Origin: an uncultured Fibrobacterota bacterium
GTDB lineage: Bacteria; Fibrobacterota; Chitinivibrionia; Chitinivibrionales; FEN-1185
Assembly: GCA_963729895.1 (NCBI GenBank)
Contig: CAVSQB010000003.1
Coordinates: 32,001 to 96,000 of the forward strand
Direction: 5' to 3'
DNA length: 64,000 nucleotides
Under the pieces are notes generated by a model. The model was not told the DNA's origin. It saw only the letters and a program-made list of their open reading frames with translations, and did no database searches. The position numbers were made by a program, and so were the translations under genes. Below, piece by piece: positions 19,320 through 29,263 of this stretch (position 1 is the stretch's first letter; the number at the start of each line of letters is the position of its first letter).

Positions 19320-20585
19320 ATGGCCACTCTTCCGCTTCGACTGCTCATTTTCGTCTACAGCGCTCTCATGGAAACCGCCGGCGTGTGCGCCGCAGTGCTT
19401 CTCGGCTCTTCGCATTTATCAACGCAATGGAACCTGCGGGAGCGCAGGCGCGTGTGTCAGCCCCGGACGGCGCGTGCGGCGCCGCAGACGGTGTGGCTCC
19501 ACGCCGCGTCGATGGGCGAGTCGAAGCTGCTCGTGCGGTTCCTGCGCCTTCTGAGGGCGAAACACCCGGGCCAGGCTTACGTGCTCACCGCAACCACGCG
19601 CACCGGCGTGGAATACCTCGCCCGGTGCAGCGGCGACGACATCGCCGCCGTCGGCTTTCTGCCGCTCGACACCGTCCGCCTCATGGGTTCCGTATTGTCA
19701 AAGCATCGGGTGTCGCGCGTGTGGCTTCTGGAAACCGAACTGTGGCCGGCCATGCTCTGGACGTGCCTCGCACGCGGGGTCCCGGTCGGGCTGGTAAACG
19801 CGCGCATCGAGGAGGAGTCGCTTTCCTGGTACCGGCGCCTTGCGTGGCTCATTGCCCCGCTGTTTTCGCACCCCGACGTGATTCTTGCGCAGAACGAGGC
19901 GTATGCAGACCGTTTTGCGAGGCTTGGGATCCCGCGCGCCCGCATCCGCGTCACCGGGAACCTCAAAAGCTACGTGACGGTGCACCCGCTTTCCATGCAG
20001 GAACGCGGCGTTCTCCGCGCTCCCATGGGGCTTTCTCCCAAGGACTGGTGCATCACCGCAGGCTGCGTGCACCGGGGCGAAGGGGTGGTGCTCGCCCGGG
20101 CGCTCGGCATCCTCTCGCAAATGTCGTTTCCCGTCAAGTGCATCGTGGTGCCCCGGCACCTCAAAGATTCCGCCGAGATCGCCCGTGAACTGGAAAACGG
20201 CGTGGTCCGCCTCAGCGACACGGCAGCAGCGCCGGGCTGGAACGTTTGCATCGTGGAGAAGATGGGAATCATGGAAGCCATGTACGGGATAGCCGACGCG
20301 GCATTCGTCGGCGGCACGTTCGATGATACGGGCGGCCACAACATGTGGGACGCGGCCCAGTTCGGCATCCCGGTTGTCTTCGGGCCCAACTACCGCACTC
20401 AGCGGGAAAGCGGCGACCTGCTGCGCGCCGCCGGCGTCGCGTTCTCGGCGTGCGGCGCCGAGGGTCTCGCATCCGCGATAGTGTCCGCGCTCCGCGACGA
20501 CACGCGACGGTTTTCGGATGCACAGGCGACGTTTGCAAAAGCAACAAACGCCAGGAGCCACAACATCGAAGATCTCATACCATGA
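19320..20585 (+). CDS. waaA: 3-deoxy-D-manno-octulosonic acid transferase
   Basis: WLHAASMGE, LPLD, ETELWP, TGNLK, VPRH, FVGGT, GGHN. Confidence 0.92.
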   Translation: MATLPLRLLIFVYSALMETAGVCAAVLLGSSHLSTQWNLRERRRVCQPRTARAAPQTVWLHAASMGESKLLVRFLRLLRAKHPGQAYVLTATTRTGVEYLARCSGDDIAAVGFLPLDTVRLMGSVLSKHRVSRVWLLETELWPAMLWTCLARGVPVGLVNARIEEESLSWYRRLAWLIAPLFSHPDVILAQNEAYADRFARLGIPRARIRVTGNLKSYVTVHPLSMQERGVLRAPMGLSPKDWCITAGCVHRGEGVVLARALGILSQMSFPVKCIVVPRHLKDSAEIARELENGVVRLSDTAAAPGWNVCIVEKMGIMEAMYGIADAAFVGGTFDDTGGHNMWDAAQFGIPVVFGPNYRTQRESGDLLRAAGVAFSACGAEGLASAIVSALRDDTRRFSDAQATFAKATNARSHNIEDLIP

Positions 20586-21706
20586 GCGCCCTCTTCTCGG
20601 AAGGCGGCGATCTGCTGCTGCGGTTCATTCTCCTCGCAGGAGACGACGCCACGAGCCGTGAGATCGCGCGCGGCGATATCGTGAAGGCCATTCAGGACCG
20701 CCAGCCCGCCGCGGAGGTGGAACGGTACAACGCCGACGACACGGGCTTCACTGCGTTCTTCGAACGCATCATATCGCCTTCGCTTCTCACTCCGCTGCGC
20801 GTCTTTCTTGTCCCGGACGTGCATCTTCTTGACGAAACAGAATTCGAACTGCTCGGCGGGCTCCTCGACTACGACCTCCCCGACGCCTGCGTCGTGCTGG
20901 AAACCGAAAGGATGAGGTCCTCAAAGAAAACCAGAGAGGCGGCCCTGTCGAAAAAATACTCCGCATGGCTCGATGTGTTCGAAGAGCGGGCACAGCGGTC
21001 TCCCTCTGCGTTCCTGGTGCAATTGTTCCCCAAACCGCCCGACTACAAGATGGCCGATTGGGTTGAAGAAAATACGCAGCGTCTGTTCGGCAGACGCATT
21101 TCGAAAACTGACGCCGAGCGACTGGTCGACCTTGTGGGCGCCGACACCGCCGTGCTGCATTCCGAGCTTTCGAAGATAGACCTCTATTTGGCGGCCGGAG
21201 AGACAGTCACGGCAGGCGTCATCGACAAAGTGGCGGGCGCCACCCGGCAGTCAGCCCCGTTTGAGCTTGCCCAGGCGCTTGGGGAAAAGAACATGGCAGA
21301 CGCCCTGGAGATTATCGAATCGATCTACGCGGGAAGCGTGTACCTTCCCCTCTACGTCGGCGCGGTGTTCAGGCATTTCTGGGCGCTGTTCAAGATGAGA
21401 ATGTTTGCAAAAGCGAATCCCGCCGTTCTCGGGGACTACCGGTCTTCGGGCAGGCAAAGGCACAACGACGCGGCACTGGCATTCGGCGTGGCCTCGGGCA
21501 TCCTTACCCGCACGCAGGCGAACCGCCTGTACCCGGCCGTCGTCAAGCCCCGGTTGGTGGATCAGGCGTTGTCCTTCAACTTTGACCACTACAAGCGGGT
21601 TTTCTCCCTGCTCTCCGAGTTCGACAGCGGCATCAAGACCGGCAGGTTCGACGATTCCAAGACGGGATTCCAGGTGTTCTGCTACAGGATCGTCAAGGGG
21701 GTGTAG
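20582..21706 (+). CDS. holA: DNA polymerase III delta subunit
   Basis: LVDLVGADTAVLHSELSKI, FELAQAL, DSGIKTG; start overlaps waaA stop. Confidence 0.8.
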   Translation: MSALFSEGGDLLLRFILLAGDDATSREIARGDIVKAIQDRQPAAEVERYNADDTGFTAFFERIISPSLLTPLRVFLVPDVHLLDETEFELLGGLLDYDLPDACVVLETERMRSSKKTREAALSKKYSAWLDVFEERAQRSPSAFLVQLFPKPPDYKMADWVEENTQRLFGRRISKTDAERLVDLVGADTAVLHSELSKIDLYLAAGETVTAGVIDKVAGATRQSAPFELAQALGEKNMADALEIIESIYAGSVYLPLYVGAVFRHFWALFKMRMFAKANPAVLGDYRSSGRQRHNDAALAFGVASGILTRTQANRLYPAVVKPRLVDQALSFNFDHYKRVFSLLSEFDSGIKTGRFDDSKTGFQVFCYRIVKGV

Positions 21707-21854
21707 CCTCGTGATATTCAGAAATGTCAAGGCAATGCCTGCAGTGCTTCAAAACCTGCTTGACGCTGCCGTCCGCGCAGGTTAATTTGATTACGCAAAC
21801 AGCAGGAGATTACGGTATTTTCAACCAGAAACGGGCATCCCCCCAGGCAGGATT

Positions 21855-23381
21855 ATGTCGGTACTTTTGCGAAAATCGAAACTCCCCGTTTTTCTCTTCA
21901 TTTGTTCCCTGTCTTTGTACCGGTGCAGCTCCAGCCCGGTTGCGCCCGCTTCAACAGGGATCATTCAGGGACGCGTCTTGAATGCCGCGAACCTTTCGAA
22001 CCCCACTCCGATCGCGGGCGCAAGCGTCTGGACGGCGCCGGTCACGCGTGCGGTGATTACGGATTCGCTGGGCAGATACACCATAGACAGTTTTCCCGCC
22101 GGTCAATATACGGTGGCAGCCTCCCAAACCGGTTATGTTCTCGGCATCGATTCAATCACGGTATCGGCCAACACCATAACGACGCAAGACATATACCTGG
22201 AGCCCGGAGTTATTGCCATTCCGGCAGCTCCCCTGATCGACACAGTGGCGGCAGGCGACTCAAGCGTGACGGTGCGTTGGTATCCCGCAAACGGGGCAAC
22301 GTCCTACAAACTTTATTACAAACAGGGAACAACAATCGACAGCGTAAGCGGAACGCCGGATACGGTCGTCACGGGAACCGCCGTCACAATCAGGAGCTTG
22401 ATAAACGATACGATGTATGCGTTTGCGGTAATCGCGGTAAACACCGCCGGAGCGTCCCCACTGAGTGCGGTGCGCACGGCGAAGCCCGGCATGGGGCTCG
22501 CAGCGCCTTCCGTTCCGGTGATTTCTATCGCCGCGCCGGGCGACGGAAGCGTCAAGGTAACCTGGAACAGTGTTACCGGCGCAACGTCGTACAACCTCTA
22601 TTACGACACGGGGGCAATTGTTTCCAAGGCAGGCGGGACGGTGGCGGCCGGAATCGCCTCTCCAATCCTGATAACCGGTCTCACAAACCAAACACAATAT
22701 GCGTTCGCGGTAAGCGCCGTGAATAGCGGAGGAGAATCGGGACTGAGCGCGGTGCTGACAGCGACGCCAAGCGCGGCTTCCGCCGCGGCCACCGTCACCG
22801 ATACCGATGGAAATGTCTATCACCTCGACACAATCGGCGCGCAAGTCTGGATGGTGGAGAACCTGAGAACCACCAGATTCAACGATGGGACCCCGATACC
22901 GCTGGTTACCGAGAATGTTGCCTGGACTGCTCTCACAACGCCAGGGTACTGCTGGAACAATAATGATTCCGTGGCGAACAAAGGGACGTATGGCGCGCTA
23001 TACAACTGGTATGCGGTCAACACCGGAAAACTGGCCCCAAAAGGCTGGCACGTAGCGTCAGATTCCGAATGGGGCGTGCTCGTCATAACCCTTGGCGGCG
23101 ATGATTCGGCTGCCGGCAAGCTGAAGGAAGCCGGCACGGTACATTGGCTGTTCCCCAACACCGGAGCCACAAATATCACAGGGTTTTCGGCGCTCCCGGG
23201 AGGATTCCGGTACGACTACGGCGCATTCGCCGCCATGGGCGTTTCGGGCTGCTGGTGGTCGTCTACGGCGTTCGTTGCGACCGATTCGTGGTGCCGTTCC
23301 ATGGACTACAGTACCGCTGCCGTTGCCCGCGCCGACGACTACCGGACTTTTGGTTTGAGCGTCCGGTGCGTCCGGGATTAA
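21855..23381 (+). CDS. lipoprotein with carboxypeptidase-regulatory-like domain, two FN3 repeats and a FISUMP (Fibrobacter succinogenes major paralogous) domain
   Basis: DTDGNVY...IGAQVWMVENLR, YGALYNWYA, PKGWHV, GFSALPGG, GLSVRCVRD; two FN3 repeats ending YAFAVxAVN. Confidence 0.9.
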   Translation: MSVLLRKSKLPVFLFICSLSLYRCSSSPVAPASTGIIQGRVLNAANLSNPTPIAGASVWTAPVTRAVITDSLGRYTIDSFPAGQYTVAASQTGYVLGIDSITVSANTITTQDIYLEPGVIAIPAAPLIDTVAAGDSSVTVRWYPANGATSYKLYYKQGTTIDSVSGTPDTVVTGTAVTIRSLINDTMYAFAVIAVNTAGASPLSAVRTAKPGMGLAAPSVPVISIAAPGDGSVKVTWNSVTGATSYNLYYDTGAIVSKAGGTVAAGIASPILITGLTNQTQYAFAVSAVNSGGESGLSAVLTATPSAASAAATVTDTDGNVYHLDTIGAQVWMVENLRTTRFNDGTPIPLVTENVAWTALTTPGYCWNNNDSVANKGTYGALYNWYAVNTGKLAPKGWHVASDSEWGVLVITLGGDDSAAGKLKEAGTVHWLFPNTGATNITGFSALPGGFRYDYGAFAAMGVSGCWWSSTAFVATDSWCRSMDYSTAAVARADDYRTFGLSVRCVRD

Positions 23382-23530
23382 TTGAAGAATCCCGCGACAC
23401 GGCGCGCGTCGTTCCTTCCCCGGCTCCCCCATTCTTCGCTTGGGGTATTCCCCTTTCCTAAACTATTTTTAGGGTGAAACCCGCGCTGATTTACAAGGTG
23501 CGAGTCGGGCATTTTCAGGGCAGGGAACCC

Positions 23531-24265
23531 ATGCGCTATTTCTTCCGGGTCGAATACGACGGTACGCGCTACAACGGTTGGCAGTCCCAGGAAAACGCGC
23601 CCAGCATTCAGGACGCGCTGAACGCGGCGTTCGGCACCGTGGTACGGTATCCCTGCGTCGTCACGGGTGCAGGCCGCACCGATGCGGGTGTGCACGCCGC
23701 GGCGCAGGGTGCGCATGTCGACATCGACGCCGATATCAACCTTGCGCGGTGCGAACGGTCGGTGAATGCCGTACTCGACGACGACATCTGCGTGTACGGC
23801 ATGCAGCGGGTGGCGCCGGACTTTCATGCGCGGTATTCGGCGCAGGCGCGGCGGTACAACTATTCGATGGTAAGCAGGAAGAAGCCGCTCCTTTACAAAA
23901 AGGTCTGGATGGTGTTTTACGAAGTCGATTGGGACAGGGTGCGGGCTAACATCCCCATGCTCGTCGGCACGCACGACTTTTCCGCGTTCTGCGCCGCCGG
24001 CACGTCCACCGAGAACAAGGTGTGCACGGTACGAAGCGCGTCGCTTTCCGAAGAAGCGGACCTGCGGGTGTTTTCCATCACGGCCGACCGCTTCATTTAT
24101 AAAATGGTGCGATCGATCGTTGGAACGCTTATCGACATAGGAAGGGGCCGCCTTGCCACGACCATGGGTGAGATCATCGCGGGCAAAGACAAAGAGGCGG
24201 CCGGCGAAACGGCGCCGGCCTGCGGGCTCGTGCTTGATTATGTGGAATATCCCGGTATTGTCTGA
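23531..24265 (+). CDS. truA: tRNA pseudouridine(38-40) synthase
   Basis: EYDGTRYNGWQ, GAGRTDAGVHA, FHARYSA, GTHDFSAF, MVRSIVG. Confidence 0.96.
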   Translation: MRYFFRVEYDGTRYNGWQSQENAPSIQDALNAAFGTVVRYPCVVTGAGRTDAGVHAAAQGAHVDIDADINLARCERSVNAVLDDDICVYGMQRVAPDFHARYSAQARRYNYSMVSRKKPLLYKKVWMVFYEVDWDRVRANIPMLVGTHDFSAFCAAGTSTENKVCTVRSASLSEEADLRVFSITADRFIYKMVRSIVGTLIDIGRGRLATTMGEIIAGKDKEAAGETAPACGLVLDYVEYPGIV

Positions 24266-24277
24266 GAGAGAGAACTC

Positions 24278-25516
24278 ATGAAAACCAGCGTAACGGCATC
24301 CGACGGCGGAAGGACCGGCGTTTACATTCTTCTGCTGCTCGTCGGTCTCGTTGTGGGCGGCATTTCCGGCGCCGAAATTTTCCGCAGGCTTTCCGGCGGC
24401 GGGGAGACGCAGCCCGTTGCGGCGCAGCCCCGGGACTCAACGGCTGATGCGGCCCGCCGGCAATCGGGCGACGCGGCCGCGGCGGACAACATCACGGGAA
24501 GCCGCAGCAATGCAATCGTTCGGGCCACCAGGATCGTGTCGCCGAGCGTTGTGGGCATCGTGGTGACGCAGCTGCAAGTGGTGCGGCGGTCCTATTCGTC
24601 GGACGAATTCTTCGATTTCTTCTTCAGCCCCGAGCTTGTTCCCCGGGTGCGCGAGGTGGAGCGAATGGGATCGGGATTCTTGTTCAGCAAGGACGGATAC
24701 ATTCTCACCAATTATCATGTGGTGGAGCAGGCGCAAAAGCTGTACGTGACGCTTTCCGACGGCAACCAGATCGAAGCGCGCGTCGTGGGCGTGGATCCGC
24801 AGACCGACCTCGCGGTTGTTGCCGTCAAGGGAGCAAACTATTCCTGCGCACCGCTCGGCGAGTCGGACAAGCTCATGATCGGCGAATGGGCCATCGCCAT
24901 CGGCAACCCGTTCGGGTTCTTCATCAACGACGCCCGGCCGACGGTGACCCTCGGCGTTATCTCGGCTGTCGACCGCAATTTTGCCCCCTCGGAAGGCGTG
25001 TACTACCAGGGCATGATCCAGACCGACGCGGCCATCAACCAGGGCAATTCGGGCGGACCGCTGGTCAACGCGCTCGGCGAGGTGATCGGCATCAACACCT
25101 TTATCTTTACGGGAAGCGACAGTTACCGCGGGTCAATCGGCATCGGCTTCGCCATTCCCATAGACCGGGCAAAGCGGGTCGCAAAGGAACTTATCACCTA
25201 CGGCAAGCGGCGTCTCATTTATACGGGCATATCAGTTCAGGACCTCAGCCGGTCCATTGCCCAGGCGCTCGGGTACAACCGCACGAACGGCGTTGTCATA
25301 TCGGAAATTTCAAAGGCCAGCCCGGGCGAGGCCGCAAAGCTCCTGCGCGGCGACATCATCGTGCAGATGGGCAGCCGCCCCATCCATTCGTCGGCGGATA
25401 TCGGCGGGTTTTTCCTTGATTACTTTGTGGGGGATTCGGTGATCATCAGCTATATACGAAAAGGGAAACCCCTGCAGACCACCATTGTGCTCGGCGAATA
25501 CAAAGAAAAACGTTAA
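24278..25516 (+). CDS. HtrA/DegP-family serine protease with one PDZ domain
   Basis: GSGF, LTNYHV, DLAV, IQTDAAINQGNSGGPL. Confidence 0.93.
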   Translation: MKTSVTASDGGRTGVYILLLLVGLVVGGISGAEIFRRLSGGGETQPVAAQPRDSTADAARRQSGDAAAADNITGSRSNAIVRATRIVSPSVVGIVVTQLQVVRRSYSSDEFFDFFFSPELVPRVREVERMGSGFLFSKDGYILTNYHVVEQAQKLYVTLSDGNQIEARVVGVDPQTDLAVVAVKGANYSCAPLGESDKLMIGEWAIAIGNPFGFFINDARPTVTLGVISAVDRNFAPSEGVYYQGMIQTDAAINQGNSGGPLVNALGEVIGINTFIFTGSDSYRGSIGIGFAIPIDRAKRVAKELITYGKRRLIYTGISVQDLSRSIAQALGYNRTNGVVISEISKASPGEAAKLLRGDIIVQMGSRPIHSSADIGGFFLDYFVGDSVIISYIRKGKPLQTTIVLGEYKEKR

Positions 25517-25707
25517 CCCGCTCTGTCAAGAAAGAGCTGAACGGCCCGGCCGGAGCGAAAGTATATTTACACAAGCCTTTCGCTCCCGCACCTGTGCGCG
25601 CAACGGCCATCGTTCCACAACTGCGTGCGCGGGAAACGAAAAGGGTGCGGCGCGTTCGGGCGGGGGCTTTGTGGAACAAAAACCGTGTAGCGCAGAAGGA
25701 AGGTGCC

Positions 25708-26007
25708 ATGGCGGTCGGATTCAAGGACAGAAACATTTGGACACTGGTTCTCGTCGTCATCGTCGGAATCCTCATCGGCTCGTACCTCGGGACGCTTTTT
25801 GCCCTCATGCCAGGCGGCGGCAACGTGGTAAAAACGTTTTTCACGTATAACTTCATTTCGTTCGGGTTTGGCGATTTTGTCAACAACAAGCCGCTGCTTA
25901 TCGATCTCGCCGCCATCAAATTCCAGATCGGGTTCCAGATGAAGTTCAATTTGCTTTCCGTGATTGGCGTTTTCGTGAGCCTCTACCTGTTCAGATGGTA
26001 CAAGTGA
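25708..26007 (+). CDS. DUF4321-like membrane protein
   Basis: Hydrophobic 99 aa ORF with LIDLAAIKFQIGFQMKFNLLSVIG. Confidence 0.75.
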   Translation: MAVGFKDRNIWTLVLVVIVGILIGSYLGTLFALMPGGGNVVKTFFTYNFISFGFGDFVNNKPLLIDLAAIKFQIGFQMKFNLLSVIGVFVSLYLFRWYK

Positions 26008-26023
26008 AACAAGGAATGCGTCG

Positions 26024-27463
26024 ATGAGGTTTTTCCCCGGGACCGTTGCGGAAACCGTTGCAGGACTGCTTCGCGGCGAGACGACGAGCAGGCAGCTGGT
26101 GACGCTCGCCCTCGACCGCATTCGCGCGCAGGATCCAGCCCTCCACTCCTTTATTTCAGTGGAACCCGAGGCCGCGCTTTCCCACGCCGACGAACTTGAC
26201 AAACTGCCATACGGGAGAAAAGCCGTTATGCCGCTGTTCGGCATTCCCGTGGCCGTCAAGGACAACATCGTTACCGCCGGCGTCGCCACCACGTGCGCAT
26301 CAAGGATGTTGGAAAACTTTGTTCCGCCCTACAGCGCAGCGGTCGTCGAAGCGCTCCTCGCCGCCGGTGCGGTTATCGTGGGCAAGACAAACCTTGACGA
26401 ATTCGCCATGGGGTCCAGCACCGAAAACTCCTATTTCGGCGCAACCAGGAACCCGCACAATCCCGACTGCATCCCCGGCGGGTCGAGCGGCGGCAGCGCA
26501 GCGGCGGTCGCGGCGGGCCTTGTTCCCCTGGCGCTCGGATCGGACACCGGCGGATCAATCAGGCAGCCGTGCTGCCACTGCGGCGTTGCGGGGCTCAAGC
26601 CGACCTACGGGCGCGTATCGCGGTACGGACTCGTGGCATTCGCCTCTTCCCTCGACCAGATCGGCCCGATCGCGTCAGACGTTCGCGATGTGGGTTTGCT
26701 CTTGTCGGTTCTCTCGGTTCCCGACGCTCGCGACTCGACATGCGCGGGCAGGCGGTTTACAAACAGTCCCAGTCTTTACACTGGCAACCCGGGCGGTCTC
26801 ACCGTGGGAGTTCCACAGGAGTATTTTGCCGAAGGGCTTTCCCCGGGAGTGCAGTCCGCCATTGAATCCCTCATGGCAAAACTCGCTGCCGCCGGGTGCA
26901 AGCTGGTAAACCTGTCGCTTCCCAACCTTGGCCACGGCATCGCCACCTACTACATCGTATGTACGGCGGAGGCGTCGTCGAACCTCGCGCGTTACGACGG
27001 CGTCAAGTACGGCCATCGCAGCGCCCATCCGGCGTCCCTCATTGATATGTACCAGACAACTCGCCAGCAGGGTTTTGGCGCCGAAGTCAAGCGCCGCATC
27101 ATGCTCGGCACCTACGTGCTGTCGTCGGGCTACTATGACGCCTACTACTTGAAGGCGGCCAGGGTGCGCACGCTCATCGCGCAAGACTTCGACCGTGCCT
27201 TTGCGAAATGCGACGCCGTCATTTCTCCCGTTGCGCCCACCACGGCGTTCAAGCTCGGCGAAAAGTGCAGCGATCCGCTCCAGATGTACCTCACCGACAT
27301 CTATACCGTGTCGGCAAACCTCGCCGGCATCCCCGGCATCTCCGTTCCGTGCGGAGAAGCGTCCGGCCTGCCGGTGGGCGTGCAATTCATGGCGCCGCAG
27401 TGGCGGGAAGACACCCTGCTGAAATTGGGGTTTGCGGCCCAGGAATTGACTAAGAGCAACTAG
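26024..27463 (+). CDS. gatA: Asp/Glu-tRNA amidotransferase subunit A
   Basis: VKDNI, GKTNLDEFAMGS, GGSSGGSAA, GSDTGGSIRQP, EASSNLARYDG, EVKRRIMLGT. Confidence 0.97.
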   Translation: MRFFPGTVAETVAGLLRGETTSRQLVTLALDRIRAQDPALHSFISVEPEAALSHADELDKLPYGRKAVMPLFGIPVAVKDNIVTAGVATTCASRMLENFVPPYSAAVVEALLAAGAVIVGKTNLDEFAMGSSTENSYFGATRNPHNPDCIPGGSSGGSAAAVAAGLVPLALGSDTGGSIRQPCCHCGVAGLKPTYGRVSRYGLVAFASSLDQIGPIASDVRDVGLLLSVLSVPDARDSTCAGRRFTNSPSLYTGNPGGLTVGVPQEYFAEGLSPGVQSAIESLMAKLAAAGCKLVNLSLPNLGHGIATYYIVCTAEASSNLARYDGVKYGHRSAHPASLIDMYQTTRQQGFGAEVKRRIMLGTYVLSSGYYDAYYLKAARVRTLIAQDFDRAFAKCDAVISPVAPTTAFKLGEKCSDPLQMYLTDIYTVSANLAGIPGISVPCGEASGLPVGVQFMAPQWREDTLLKLGFAAQELTKSN

Positions 27464-27722
27464 AAATCGCATAATCGTTTTATTATTTTTTCCCCCTCTC
27501 CTGGGTGCTCCCGCCGAGAGAGGGGCTGCGAGAATCGCCAGCGAAGTGTCGCTTTACAGATGAAGTTGCTTGGTCTTGATTGTGTTGAGAATTTTATAAC
27601 CGGGTGTTTGTAGGGTGCGCGCAACAGGAGGTTCGGGCTTGCCACGGGTACTTCCACGCTGCACCCGCTCAGCAACCCAAAATTGCATTTTATTTATCGC
27701 TGTCATTTTTCCCCTATCGTTC

Positions 27723-28259
27723 ATGGATCGCAAATCCTTTATCACGTATCTTCTGGCAGTAAATACGCTGTCGTTTTGTGCCGTCCTTTCGTTCTCCTGT
27801 GCCTCCTCTTCCCGTTCCGTCAAGTCTTTGTCCGACAACGTCGGCCCGTCTGTTTCCGCAGGCCAGGAATCCTCCACCCAGGCGATTCCCGAAGACAAGC
27901 TCCGCAGGATCGTCGCGTCCTACCTGGGAGTGCGATATAAAACCGGCGGCATGGACAGGCATGGGTTCGACTGCTCGGGATTTGTGGTGGTGGTGTTCCG
28001 CGAGCTGTGCCGCGCCAGGCTGCCGCGGTCAACCAAAGAGCTCAGGCGGTTCGGCCGTGAGGTGTCGCGGAAGGACGCGCGGCCCGGCGATCTTGTTTTT
28101 GTCAAAGGCGGGGCGTTCAATTCGATCAACCATGTCGGGATCTATATGGGGAACGGCACGTTCGTGCACGCCAGTTCCTCAAAAGGTATTCGGTACGACA
28201 GGCTTGACGACGAGTATTACACGAACCATTTTGCAATGATACGGAGGGTTGTCCCATGA
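27723..28259 (+). CDS. NlpC/P60 family cell-wall peptidase (probable lipoprotein)
   Basis: GFDCSG, LPRS, PGDLVF, HVGIY, FVHASS. Confidence 0.92.
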   Translation: MDRKSFITYLLAVNTLSFCAVLSFSCASSSRSVKSLSDNVGPSVSAGQESSTQAIPEDKLRRIVASYLGVRYKTGGMDRHGFDCSGFVVVVFRELCRARLPRSTKELRRFGREVSRKDARPGDLVFVKGGAFNSINHVGIYMGNGTFVHASSSKGIRYDRLDDEYYTNHFAMIRRVVP

Positions 28260-29107
28260 AGATCGCTTTTGCCGGAGAAAAGGGCGCGTTCGCCGAGCTT
28301 GCCGCAGCCCAGCATTTTGGACCCCGCCACGCCCTGGTGCCGGTGCCGGAGTTCGAAGACGTGTTCGCCTCGGTGTCGCGGGGCAAGGTTTCCCACGGGA
28401 TCATCCCGATTGAAAACTCCCTCACGGGAAGCATTCACCAGAACTACGATCTGCTTCTGGAAGGCGACCTGTTTATCACGGGCGAAATCTTCCTGCGGGT
28501 GTCCCATTACCTCATTGCAAACCGCGGTGTCAAGCGGCACAATATCCGCCGCGTATTTTCCCATCCTCAGGGACTTGCACAATGCAGGGCCTTCCTGAAG
28601 AAAATGCCCGACGCGGAGCGCATTCCGGTGTCCAACACCGCTGTGGCCGTGCGCAAGATACGCGACGGCAGGCTGCTTGACGCTGCGGCAATAGCCTCGC
28701 TCCAGGCCGCAATCGATTACGATATGAGCGTGCTCGCGGAGAATATCGAGGACAACAAAGCCAACATTACCCGGTTCCTCATTCTTTCCAGGCAGAAAGG
28801 TGCGGTACCGCATGCCGCAAAGAACTGCAAAACCTCGGTCGTGTTCTCTCTTAAAAATATTCCAGGGGCGCTTTTTAAAAGCCTCAGCGTGTTTGCCCTG
28901 CGCGACATCGACTTGCTTAAGATCGAGTCCCGGCCGGTGCACGGCAAACCCTTCGAATATCTTTTCTATCTCGACTTCGCCGGGGACTGCGGCGATGAAC
29001 GCCAGGCGAACGCGCTCAACCACCTGCGCGAAATCACGATGTTCTGCAGGCCGCTCGGCTCATACGAGCGGGGCAAGCTGGTGCATCCGGAGTATAAGAA
29101 AAGGTGA
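28256..29107 (+). CDS. pheA: prephenate dehydratase with ACT domain
   Basis: PIENSLTG, SHPQGLAQC, NITRF, KIESRP, YLFYLD. Confidence 0.95.
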   Translation: MKIAFAGEKGAFAELAAAQHFGPRHALVPVPEFEDVFASVSRGKVSHGIIPIENSLTGSIHQNYDLLLEGDLFITGEIFLRVSHYLIANRGVKRHNIRRVFSHPQGLAQCRAFLKKMPDAERIPVSNTAVAVRKIRDGRLLDAAAIASLQAAIDYDMSVLAENIEDNKANITRFLILSRQKGAVPHAAKNCKTSVVFSLKNIPGALFKSLSVFALRDIDLLKIESRPVHGKPFEYLFYLDFAGDCGDERQANALNHLREITMFCRPLGSYERGKLVHPEYKKR

Positions 29108-29263
29108 GGATGAAGGTGGAAGGATGAAGGATGAACAAAAACAATTAAGAGGTTTCACAGCCTGATAATGCTGAGTGCAAACCTCTTTTGTTCGTACCCT
29201 TAGGCCCTTTGGATTTGACTTCTTTTCTTCATTCATCCTTCCGCCTTCAGCCTTCAGCCTTTC
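29108..29263. repeat. inverted heptamer-repeat element (GGATGAA units ... TTCAGCC/TTCATCC units) with an inner hairpin
   Basis: ggatgaaggtggaaggatgaaggatgaa ... ttcattcatccttccgccttcagccttcagcc; inner aagaggttt...aaacctctt; lies between convergent pheA and recN. Confidence 0.7.
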
